DNA of 27,320 bases. It comes from a virus. Taxonomy: Duplodnaviria > Caudoviricetes. Below, in pieces: positions 7,311-15,887 of the stretch. The number at the start of each line of letters is the position of its first letter. The first letter of the stretch is position 1. The notes under the pieces were generated by a model that was not told the DNA's origin, did no database searches, and saw only the letters and a list, made by a program, of their open reading frames with translations. The stretch is from positions 1 to 27,320 of IMG/VR virus record IMGVR_UViG_3300033512_000306. One strand, given 5' to 3'. Both the position numbers and the translations under genes were made by a program.

Positions 7311-9874
7311 GATTCCTGTCTAACAAGCAATTGGAGAAGTATGAAGATAAAGTCAAACAGTCATGTGACAAGTGCACTTTAGCCAAGGCATGTAAATCCC
7401 CTAAAATGATACCGGATGGATCAGGGGAGTTGAAAACCTTAATTATAGGCGATTATCCTGGTGAACAAGATGATAAATTGAATCAACCATTCATGGGTAA
7501 TGCTAATCTGGATTTCAAGAATTTATTGAGAAGTAAAGGATTTGATCCTGGAAATGACTTCTGGTTCATCAATGCAATCAATTGCAGGAAAATTGATTCC
7601 GGTGGTGGAACTGCTGAACCTTCTGATAAGGACATCAAGAATTGCAGACCTTATGTTCAGAAGGTGATTGAGAATTTGAAACCTAAAAACATTATCCTTC
7701 TTGGAGATTCTGCCGTTAAGTCAGTATTAGGATTTATCAAGAAATCCTCAGTTGATATGTTCAGGGGTTCTTCAATTCCGGATCAGAATTTGAAAGCATG
7801 GATTCACACAACCATGTCACCAAGGACTATTGATTCTCAGGAATTCAATCATAATCTCAAAGCTGTATATCTCAGAGATTTGGATAGGATATTTTCAAGT
7901 CTGGATAATTCATTTGTAGAATATCCTGTTCCTCAGATTGAATGCATATATAACTTTTATGAAATAGTTTCCAAATTGAAGTATTTACTATCCTTAATTG
8001 ATTTTACTGAATCAAAGAAGCCAATTTACATCGACTATGAAACTACAGGATTGAAACCGTATGCAAGGGGTCATAAGATTGTTTCCATATCGATATATTA
8101 TGACTTTCATACAATTGCATTTCCTTATAAGTATCGAGATGTATTTACTCAAGAAGAACAAAATACGATTAAGTATCACATGAAGAAACTCCTTTCTTCT
8201 GGTGTTCCAGTAGAAGCCCATAACATGAAGTTTGAGGATAGTTGGTCAAAGTCAATCCTCAAAATATCTCCAAAGAATTGGAAGTTTGATACTCAGCTTG
8301 CAGCACATCTCCTGGATAATCGTCCAGGAATAACCGGATTGAAGCATCAAGTATATCGTAGGTTCGGTATTCATCCTTATAATGAGCATGTAGAACCTTT
8401 TCTGTCTGAGGCTGAAGGATCAATCTTCAATCGAGTAGATGAGATTCCATTGAAGGAGTTATTGCTTTATAACGGATATGATTCTCATTATGGAGCTATG
8501 CTTTCAATACTGCAAAAGAAGGAATTGGAGGAACAGGAATTGTGGAGTCCATACAATTTCTTTCATGAAGGCACAAAGCTGATGTCAAGTATCCAGGAAA
8601 AGGGTATTTGTGTTGATGAGGATTATTACATTAATAAAGATATTGAATTAGGAATGTCCTTAGATAAAATCTATGCAGATTTAATGTCCTCATCTGAAGC
8701 AAAAAAATTCAAAGATTATGCCGGAAAAGACATTGATCTTGCATCAGGAAATGATCTGAAGAAACTGTTCTATGAAATACTGGATTACAAGAAAACTTTC
8801 ACCAAGAAAGGAAATCTTACAGTTGATAAGATATCCTTAGAGAAGATTGATTCTCCATTTATCAAACAGCTTCTTTATATGAGGAAACTTGAGAAAGCCA
8901 AAGGAACATACTTTGCTCAATTTCAACGAGAGATTTATAATGGAAAGATCAATCCTTTCTTTGATCTAACCATTCCAGTATCGTATCGTTCCTCAAGTCA
9001 AGCTCCTAACTTTCAGAACATTCCAACCAGAGACCCGGAGATCAAGAAGTTGATCCGATCAGGAGTAAAGGCTTCACCAGGACGACAGTTACTTTTCTTC
9101 GATGGTTCTGGTATGGAAGTAAGGACATCAGTCTGCTATCACAAAGACCCTAACATGATCAAGTATGTAACCGATCCTACCACTGACATGCATAGAGATA
9201 CAGCAGCCGATATCTGGATGCTTCCACAAGATGAAGTCACCAAAGATATTCGATTCTATGCTAAAAACCAATGGGTATTTGCACAGTTTTACGGGTCATA
9301 TTATGTGGACTGCGGCAATACCCTATGGGAAACTTGTATTCATACTTTGAACCTTAAAACAAAGACGGAAATGCCTTTAAAAGAACATTTGAAATCCAAA
9401 GGTATTAAGACCAATGCTGAATTCCTTGAACATTGTAAGAGTGTCGAGAATATCTTCTGGAAGGAAAGATTCAAAGTCTATGATCAGTGGAAGAAGGATA
9501 TCAATGCTGAATATCAAAAGAACGGAGTGATCTATAGTCTAATGGGATTTCCTTATCGTGGAATCATGAACCGGAAACAGGTCAGCAATTTTCCAATTCA
9601 AGGAACTGCATTCCATCTCCTTCTTTGGACTTTACTGGAATTGAATAAAGTTGCGAAACAAAAGAAATGGAAATCCTGGATCAATGGACAAATTCATGAT
9701 GAAGGAATACTGGATGCTATTACTGAAGAAATACCTGAGATAGTTGCAACTACCAATCAGATTGTAGGAGTTCAAATGAGAAAAACATTTGATTGGATTA
9801 ATGTACCATTCGAAATGGAATTTGCTGTCACTCCATTAAACGGATCATGGTATGACAAAGGAGACTTAAAATAA
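7301..9874 (+). CDS. polA: Family A DNA polymerase with N-terminal family-4 UDG-like domain and 3'-5' exonuclease (SPO1-type architecture)
   Basis: UDG-like CDKC..IIGDYPG..PFMG; exo IDYETTGL, AHNMKFE, YNGYD; RSSSQAPNFQNIP; motif A FDGSGMEVR, motif B RFYAKNQWVFAQFYG, motif C QIHDE. Confidence 0.93.
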   Translation: MVMRFLSNKQLEKYEDKVKQSCDKCTLAKACKSPKMIPDGSGELKTLIIGDYPGEQDDKLNQPFMGNANLDFKNLLRSKGFDPGNDFWFINAINCRKIDSGGGTAEPSDKDIKNCRPYVQKVIENLKPKNIILLGDSAVKSVLGFIKKSSVDMFRGSSIPDQNLKAWIHTTMSPRTIDSQEFNHNLKAVYLRDLDRIFSSLDNSFVEYPVPQIECIYNFYEIVSKLKYLLSLIDFTESKKPIYIDYETTGLKPYARGHKIVSISIYYDFHTIAFPYKYRDVFTQEEQNTIKYHMKKLLSSGVPVEAHNMKFEDSWSKSILKISPKNWKFDTQLAAHLLDNRPGITGLKHQVYRRFGIHPYNEHVEPFLSEAEGSIFNRVDEIPLKELLLYNGYDSHYGAMLSILQKKELEEQELWSPYNFFHEGTKLMSSIQEKGICVDEDYYINKDIELGMSLDKIYADLMSSSEAKKFKDYAGKDIDLASGNDLKKLFYEILDYKKTFTKKGNLTVDKISLEKIDSPFIKQLLYMRKLEKAKGTYFAQFQREIYNGKINPFFDLTIPVSYRSSSQAPNFQNIPTRDPEIKKLIRSGVKASPGRQLLFFDGSGMEVRTSVCYHKDPNMIKYVTDPTTDMHRDTAADIWMLPQDEVTKDIRFYAKNQWVFAQFYGSYYVDCGNTLWETCIHTLNLKTKTEMPLKEHLKSKGIKTNAEFLEHCKSVENIFWKERFKVYDQWKKDINAEYQKNGVIYSLMGFPYRGIMNRKQVSNFPIQGTAFHLLLWTLLELNKVAKQKKWKSWINGQIHDEGILDAITEEIPEIVATTNQIVGVQMRKTFDWINVPFEMEFAVTPLNGSWYDKGDLK

Positions 9875-10086
9875 TGCAACAATCTATCGCATGGCATGAA
9901 AAATGTCTGGCTAATATGACACAATATTTAAAGGATTTGAATAATGAATATCATAGAGTTTTAAAACAACATGATGATTTATTAGCTCAGATTACTTTTT
10001 ATAATTATCAGATTGAAGTTGCCAAAAAGGAACAAAAAGCAAAGTTTGATGATGAGAAATATTTGGTGAAAAGGAATTCAAAATGA
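9874..10086 (+). CDS. Hypothetical coiled-coil protein
   Basis: TAATG coupling to polymerase stop. Confidence 0.65.
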   Translation: MQQSIAWHEKCLANMTQYLKDLNNEYHRVLKQHDDLLAQITFYNYQIEVAKKEQKAKFDDEKYLVKRNSK

Positions 10087-10979
10087 AAGCTCCTTATAGT
10101 TACTTTGGTGGGAAATCAAAAGTTTCTCAGGAAGTATGGAAAAGATTCGGAAAGGTTAATTGGTATCTTGAACCTTTCTTTGGATCAGGAGCAGTTCTTT
10201 TAAATGCTCCTTATATTCCAAATAATGAGATAGTCAATGATATGTACTGCATGATTACAAACTTTTGGAGATCAGTGAAACATGCTCCTAATAAGACTGC
10301 AAAGTATGCTGATGCTCCAATGAATGAAATTGAACTCCATGCTACACAGGATTATCTCATTGCACAGTTGTATGAATTAGAAAACAAACTGAGATCGGAT
10401 ATGGATTTCTACGATCCAAAGATTGCAGGATATTGGGTATGGGGAGTTTCACAATGGTTAGGGGATAATTGGTGTTCCAACAAAACTCTGTATAAACGTC
10501 CTACATTCAATAAATCAGGAATTCATCGAAATGATACTAATGTCAAAGAATACTTTCAGTATCTTTCCAATCGACTTAGGAAAACCATTGTTTGTTGTGG
10601 AGACTGGGAAAGGGTGGTTGCTGATTTTATTACAACAAAGGGTGAACCTATTGGTATCTTTTTAGACCCTCCTTATTCGGATAAAGCAGGACGTGAGAAT
10701 AATCTCTATATCAAGGATGATTTAGATGTATCCAAGCACGTTTTTGACTGGTGTGTTTCTAATGGTAATCAGTCTAATTTACGAATTGCCTTCTGCGGAT
10801 ATTCCAATGAATATGATTTTCCTTCTTCTTGGATTCCTTTTAGTTGGAAAGGAAATTGTGCATGGGCTAATTGGGGTGATAATAAGGGGAAAGACAATGC
10901 AAAGAAGGAAGTAATTTATTTTTCCCCACATTGTCGTAATTCATCTGTTCCTAAAATTCTTGATAGAATAAGGAGTTGA
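10083..10979 (+). CDS. N6-adenine DNA methyltransferase (Dam/D12 class)
   Basis: PYSYFGGKS, YLEPFFGSGAV (motif I), VNDM, FLDPPY (motif IV). Confidence 0.9.
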   Translation: MKAPYSYFGGKSKVSQEVWKRFGKVNWYLEPFFGSGAVLLNAPYIPNNEIVNDMYCMITNFWRSVKHAPNKTAKYADAPMNEIELHATQDYLIAQLYELENKLRSDMDFYDPKIAGYWVWGVSQWLGDNWCSNKTLYKRPTFNKSGIHRNDTNVKEYFQYLSNRLRKTIVCCGDWERVVADFITTKGEPIGIFLDPPYSDKAGRENNLYIKDDLDVSKHVFDWCVSNGNQSNLRIAFCGYSNEYDFPSSWIPFSWKGNCAWANWGDNKGKDNAKKEVIYFSPHCRNSSVPKILDRIRS

Positions 10980-10980
10980 T

Positions 10981-11250
10981 ATGAACAATCCGTTTTATAT
11001 GATTAAAGCATGGGATTTGAAAATTAAGGAAATTGAATTATCAAATGTGACTAAATTCTTTTATATTACAAAAACAGGACATAGAATTCCTCATATTAGT
11101 AAGGATGAAATAATTGGAGAAACAATTGAGGAAGCAAAAAAGAAATACATTGCAATGGTTCTCAGTGAAATTCATGATTTAGAAGATAGGATTGAGCGTC
11201 TCAATAACAAAATTGATACAGTAATTCACCTTAAATTGGAGGAAAAATGA
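10981..11250 (+). CDS. Hypothetical protein
   Basis: AAGGAG RBS, operon packing. Confidence 0.65.
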   Translation: MNNPFYMIKAWDLKIKEIELSNVTKFFYITKTGHRIPHISKDEIIGETIEEAKKKYIAMVLSEIHDLEDRIERLNNKIDTVIHLKLEEK

Positions 11251-11447
11251 AAGCAATCGTTGAATATGGAAGAACAGCGAATATGGGAAACTTTGAATCT
11301 CTCAGGATTGCAAAGTCATTGGAAGTAACTGCTAAAACTCAGGAAGAATTGGATGAAGCATGTGATCTGGCCTATGATCATTGTAAAACATGGGTTGAAA
11401 AGAAAATCCTGCATGAAATGAAATTTAAACGTCCTGAAAGGAAATAA
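11247..11447 (+). CDS. Hypothetical phage protein (NxGNFESxRI motif)
   Basis: GGAGG RBS, ATGA overlap. Confidence 0.7.
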   Translation: MKAIVEYGRTANMGNFESLRIAKSLEVTAKTQEELDEACDLAYDHCKTWVEKKILHEMKFKRPERK

Positions 11448-11448
11448 G

Positions 11449-11691
11449 ATGGATACTTCAACTCCTAATGAGAATCAGGAAGAATCTTCAACTCAAACTC
11501 CTTATTCTGAAATTGACATGCAGTATGATCGAGTTGAGGAATTGAAAAAGGATATCATTAAACTGATGAAAGAAAAGAATCCTATTTCCTTACTCAGGAA
11601 AGACATGATCAGGCGTAGGGCAAAAAAACTTCTAAAAATGGAATTAAGGAAAAGAAAAAATGAGCGCATTGCAAGTAAGATATCGGCCTAA
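11449..11691 (+). CDS. Hypothetical protein
   Basis: AAGG RBS, operon packing. Confidence 0.55.
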   Translation: MDTSTPNENQEESSTQTPYSEIDMQYDRVEELKKDIIKLMKEKNPISLLRKDMIRRRAKKLLKMELRKRKNERIASKISA

Positions 11692-12592
11692 GTCAATCAA
11701 AGGAATCTATGGCAATTCTGCATTGAAAGAATCCTTAACTTCAGCATTGAGTAAGGAAGATAAACCTACATCCTTTCTTTTCACTGGTAAATCAGGATGT
11801 GGCAAAACCACTTTTGGCAGAATTATAGCGAATGAATTGTGTATTGATCCTATCAATACTCATATCTACAATGCTGCATCTACCAGAGGAATTGATACTA
11901 TTCGTGAGATTATTCAGGAAGCCAAGAAAGTTCCTCTATTTGGTGGTAATAGACGAATCTATATCCTGGAAGAATGTCATGGAATTACAGGAACAGCAGC
12001 AGAAGCATTACTGGATTTTCTTGAACATCCTCCAAAAGATTCATTCATTGTTCTCACAACAACTGAACCAGATGCTTTGAAAGTGACAATCAAGAGAAGA
12101 TGTTTCCAAGGAGAAGTTAAACCACTCCTTCATGCTGAAATGTCCAAACTCATTGCCTTTGTCCTGAAAAGAGAAAAAGCAACAATTTCGGATCAAGCTA
12201 CGAACAAGATCATTGAAGTAAGTGAAGGATCAGCAGGTCAAGCACTTAAACTCCTGGATATGATTATAGGAATTAATGATTCAAAAGCGATGGATTTGAT
12301 CGAAAGTATCTTTGTGAATGAAACACAAGTGATCGAGCTTTGTCGTTTGTTGGTCAATATCAATATGAGTTCAGCCGATAAATGGAAAAAGTGTTCTGAG
12401 ATACTTAAAACAATCACAGGCGAACCGGAAGCAAACAGGCGTGTAATCATGGGGTACTTCAACACGGTGTTGCTTAACAAGCCTCACAATGAAGATTCGG
12501 CATGTATTGCGGCTGTAGCAGGTAATTTCACAGAGAATTACTACACATCCGGCAAGCTCGGATTAACCCTGTCAGTTTTTTCATCTTGTTGA
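11660..12592 (+). CDS. Clamp-loader AAA+ ATPase, DnaX (gamma/tau)-like
   Basis: LQVRYRP N-terminal motif, Walker A GKSGCGKTT, NAASTRGIDTIR, Walker B ILEECH, SRC-like TIKRRC. Confidence 0.88.
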   Translation: MSALQVRYRPKSIKGIYGNSALKESLTSALSKEDKPTSFLFTGKSGCGKTTFGRIIANELCIDPINTHIYNAASTRGIDTIREIIQEAKKVPLFGGNRRIYILEECHGITGTAAEALLDFLEHPPKDSFIVLTTTEPDALKVTIKRRCFQGEVKPLLHAEMSKLIAFVLKREKATISDQATNKIIEVSEGSAGQALKLLDMIIGINDSKAMDLIESIFVNETQVIELCRLLVNINMSSADKWKKCSEILKTITGEPEANRRVIMGYFNTVLLNKPHNEDSACIAAVAGNFTENYYTSGKLGLTLSVFSSC

Positions 12593-12596
12593 AAAT

Positions 12597-12640
12597 AATT
12601 GTTTGAAATAAGAAAAAACCATTGTATAATGCCTTTGAAA
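12597..12640 (+). promoter_or_regulatory. Conserved sigma70-like phage promoter, copy 2
   Basis: TTGAAA(12603-12608)-16 nt-TATAAT(12625-12630); matches 4986-5029. Confidence 0.8.
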
Positions 12641-12663
12641 ACTAAATAAAAGGAGTAACAATC

Positions 12664-13164
12664 ATGTCAAATGAAGAAATTAAGAAAGATTTGGAACTGG
12701 ATATGTATCGGCTCGATGAAGGATGGCTGGATTTACCGGCTATCATGTTAAAATGGAACACTGAACTTGTCGAAAATGAAATGACATCCCGACAATCCAA
12801 GATTGAGCTTGAGCAATTGAGGGCTACGCTGGATGCAAGGATGAGAGAAAATCCTGGAGAGTATGGAATTCAGAAAGTGACTGAGGCTACCATTACAGCA
12901 GCTATCACGATTCATCCTTCTGTGATTGAGGAAACATTCAAATTCAACAAAGCTGACAAACGTGCCAAGGAGTTAAGGGCATACTGTCTGGCAATTGAAG
13001 CAAAGAGGAAAGCTCTTGAAGGATTGACTCAGTTGTATTCCACTGGCTATTTTGCCAGTAAGCCAATCCTTGGAAGCCCTGCAAGTGAATTCGTACAGGA
13101 AAAGGAGACAAAGAAACTTAACACTGAATCCAATAAAAAACTTTTGAAAAGGAAAACTGCATGA
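12664..13164 (+). CDS. UvsY-like recombination mediator
   Basis: Helical 166-aa protein, KVTEATITAAI...AIEAKRKALEGL pattern; upstream of SSB and RecA/UvsX. Confidence 0.55.
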   Translation: MSNEEIKKDLELDMYRLDEGWLDLPAIMLKWNTELVENEMTSRQSKIELEQLRATLDARMRENPGEYGIQKVTEATITAAITIHPSVIEETFKFNKADKRAKELRAYCLAIEAKRKALEGLTQLYSTGYFASKPILGSPASEFVQEKETKKLNTESNKKLLKRKTA

Positions 13165-13325
13165 TTGCAAAATGTGAGTGTAAACACGAATTCCAAGACT
13201 CGACCTATGGACGAAATAACAGGATACATAACCAAACAGGAAAAGTAATGGAAATTAGATGTACCGTATGTGGAAAAACTAACAAAGCCAAAGAAGAAAT
13301 AGCAATTAAAAAGGAGAAAAAATAA
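13161..13325 (+). CDS. Small Zn-binding protein (54 aa), absent from ORF track
   Basis: MIAKCECKHEFQDSTYGRNNRIHNQTGKVMEIRCTVCGKTNKAKEEIAIKKEKK; ATGA overlap upstream, TAATG overlap downstream, AAGGA RBS. Confidence 0.8.
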   Translation: MIAKCECKHEFQDSTYGRNNRIHNQTGKVMEIRCTVCGKTNKAKEEIAIKKEKK

Positions 13326-14521
13326 TGCCAAAACCGACATCAAAACCAGCACAGAAAACCGGAACCAGTTTCAAAGATCGTTTCAGAAACCAGAAACAGG
13401 ATTTGATGAAACGACATCAAGAACAAGTGGATTCTAAGGATAGTGGAACCAAGTATCCGACTATCTTCGATGATGAAAAAATTCCCAAAGGTATTGAGTT
13501 CTGGCGTTGTAAGCCAGGTGAACACCTTATCGATATCATTCCTTTCTTCGCTGGTTCTCAGCATCCCAAAGTCAAAGAAGGGGAATTGGCCTATGTAGTT
13601 GACCTGTGGGTGCATGTGGGAGTGGGTGCAATGAATATTCCTTACCCTTGTACCAACAGGAATTTCAAAGAAACCGATCCGATTTGTGAGTATATCTCAC
13701 AGAATCGACTACCAACTGAGGATTGGAAAAGAATCAGCCCGAAACGTAGGACAGCCTACCTTGTTTGGGTTCATGATTCTCCGGAAGAAGAAAAGAAAGG
13801 ACTTCAGATTTGGGAAGTTGCCCACTTCTACTTTGAAGAAAAGATTGATGAGATTGCAAAGTCTCCCAGGGGTGGTGGAGCAGTAGCATTCTCAGATATC
13901 GAATCAGGAAAATCCATTGCTTTCACAGTCAAGAAAGTCGGTACTTACAAAGATGCCAAAGGCACAGATCGGGACTCCATTGGTTATCTTGGACATCGTT
14001 TTGTTGATCGGGACATTGACGTAATTCCTGAAAGAATTCTTGAGCAATCCTTTTCTCTTGATGAAGTTATCAAGATGAAACCCGACTATGACGAAATGGC
14101 TGAAGCATTTCACGGAAAAAATAGAAATTCTGAACCAGAGGAAGATGACACAGATTTTCCAGTACAACCTTTGGAATCAGTAAAACCTTCCAATAAGAAA
14201 AAACCGAAGCCTGAACCTGAACCTGAGGAAGAGGATGATGACACCACGGATGATGAAGAAACGGATGATGAGGATCAGGATGATTCTTCTGAGGAAGAAG
14301 ATCAATCGGATGATGACGATGATTCCTCCGATGAAGAAGTCTGTCCTCATGACCCTGATTCGTTCGGTGAGTGTGACGAACATCCTGAGTGTGAAGAGGA
14401 TGGAGGTTGTCCTCTTTGGGATGCCTGTTCCGATGAAGCGGAGAAACGAAAGAAAGAAAAGAAAAAACTTGAATCTCAAGGAACAAAACTTCTCAAAGAT
14501 GCCAAGAAAAAGAAAAGGTAA
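13325..14521 (+). CDS. Single-stranded DNA-binding protein, gp32-like, with acidic tail and C-terminal 4-Cys domain
   Basis: HLIDIIPF..., YPC...DPICEY (Zn site), GLQIWEVAH, GKSIAFTV; long D/E tail; position between UvsY and RecA. Confidence 0.7.
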   Translation: MPKPTSKPAQKTGTSFKDRFRNQKQDLMKRHQEQVDSKDSGTKYPTIFDDEKIPKGIEFWRCKPGEHLIDIIPFFAGSQHPKVKEGELAYVVDLWVHVGVGAMNIPYPCTNRNFKETDPICEYISQNRLPTEDWKRISPKRRTAYLVWVHDSPEEEKKGLQIWEVAHFYFEEKIDEIAKSPRGGGAVAFSDIESGKSIAFTVKKVGTYKDAKGTDRDSIGYLGHRFVDRDIDVIPERILEQSFSLDEVIKMKPDYDEMAEAFHGKNRNSEPEEDDTDFPVQPLESVKPSNKKKPKPEPEPEEEDDDTTDDEETDDEDQDDSSEEEDQSDDDDDSSDEEVCPHDPDSFGECDEHPECEEDGGCPLWDACSDEAEKRKKEKKKLESQGTKLLKDAKKKKR

Positions 14522-14598
14522 AGTTGAAGGATACAGAATATCAAAGACAGCAAGATGGACTAAAAACTTTACTCCTCCAACTGAAAACTTGTAGAATG

Positions 14599-14632
14599 AA
14601 TCCTGTCAGGAGTGATCTTGACAGGATTTTTT
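14599..14632 (+). terminator. Rho-independent terminator
   Basis: AATCCTGTCAGGA-GTGA-TCTTGACAGGATT followed by T run. Confidence 0.85.
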
Positions 14633-14644
14633 AAAGGAGCAAAT

Positions 14645-14827
14645 ATGGAAAACCAAATTGAACCGTCTGTATTTTGGTGTGGTTATTGTGGTAAAAATAT
14701 TTGGATAATTGCTACTTCAAGAACAAGACCAGAGGACTTAATTTGTGATACATGCAGAAAATTTTTTAATCAGTACGATGGAGGAACAAATAATGATACA
14801 AATAAGGAAACGAAAAATAACGTCTGA
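14645..14827 (+). CDS. Small Zn-ribbon protein
   Basis: AAGGAG RBS before ATG 14645; CGYC...CDTC. Confidence 0.6.
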   Translation: MENQIEPSVFWCGYCGKNIWIIATSRTRPEDLICDTCRKFFNQYDGGTNNDTNKETKNNV

Positions 14828-15887
14828 AATTCCAAAAATTGAAGTCAAAAACCTGCACGAGACTCCTTCCAAATTTCTTCTTTCCACCGGCAATACCCTA
14901 ATGAATCTGGCATTATCGGATTCAACAGAGGGAGGATATCATGCTGGAAAAATGGTCAATCTGATTGGTGATAGTTCTTCAGGAAAGACTATTCTGGCTT
15001 TAACCATGCTGGCTGAAGCTAATCTTCATCCAAAGATGAAGGAATATGATCTTATATTTGACGATGTTGAATCAGCCCTGGAAATAGACATCGAAGCATT
15101 GTTTGGTAAATCCCTTGCAAAGAGAATCATCTATAAAAAATCCAATACAATTGAGGATTTCTATGGAGCAATTTACAATCAGATTGTATCAGGAAAGCCA
15201 TTCATTTGGGTATTGGACTCCTTTGATGCTTTAACATCCAGAGATGAGCAGAGACGTGCAGCAGAATTTGGAAAGCAGGAGTCTCAAAGAGATGAGGAAG
15301 AGGATAATCTGGATGATGTAGAAAAAGCTAAAGGAAGTTGGAAAACAGAAAAGCCAAAGATGGCGTCTGAAATATTCAGAGTCATTACAGGAGAAATCAA
15401 AAAGACAGACTCCTTTGTCATGGTTATTTCACAAACCAGAGATAACTTAGGATTTGGAGCAATGTTCACTCCTAAAACCAGATCAGGAGGAAAAGCACTC
15501 AAGTTCTATGCTACACATGAAATCTGGCTGGCTACAGGAAAAAGCCATAAGAAACTGAGCCGTACCATCGGATCAGACTGTATGGTCAAAGTGACCAAGA
15601 ACAAGATCACTGGTAAGCGTAGGGAAATCATTTTTCCGATATACTATGATTACGGTGTTGATTCAATCGAATCTTGTATCAATTTCCTGATTAATGAAAA
15701 GCATTGGAAATCATCAGGTGGAAAAGTTTATGCTCCTGAATTCTCTTCCACACAATTAACCATTGTGAATCTGGTAAAAATGATTGAGGATGAAAACAAA
15801 TCAAATAGACTTCATATATTAGTAGGAGAAGTATGGAATGAAATAGAAGATAAAATCAAACTGAATAGGAAACCAAAATATGAGTAA
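14793..15887 (+). CDS. recA: RecA/UvsX-like recombinase
   Basis: LSTGNTLMNLAL, Walker A GDSSSGKT, DVESALE, WVLDSFDAL, ISQTRD, SGGKALKFYA, VTKNK; ATG 14793 after GGAGG. Confidence 0.93.
   Translation: MIQIRKRKITSEIPKIEVKNLHETPSKFLLSTGNTLMNLALSDSTEGGYHAGKMVNLIGDSSSGKTILALTMLAEANLHPKMKEYDLIFDDVESALEIDIEALFGKSLAKRIIYKKSNTIEDFYGAIYNQIVSGKPFIWVLDSFDALTSRDEQRRAAEFGKQESQRDEEEDNLDDVEKAKGSWKTEKPKMASEIFRVITGEIKKTDSFVMVISQTRDNLGFGAMFTPKTRSGGKALKFYATHEIWLATGKSHKKLSRTIGSDCMVKVTKNKITGKRREIIFPIYYDYGVDSIESCINFLINEKHWKSSGGKVYAPEFSSTQLTIVNLVKMIEDENKSNRLHILVGEVWNEIEDKIKLNRKPKYE

Noticed and set aside
14450-14594. Programmed frameshift extending SSB into the open alternative frame
   Set aside because: A-rich but no exact X XXY YYZ heptamer in frame with a downstream stimulator; unsupported
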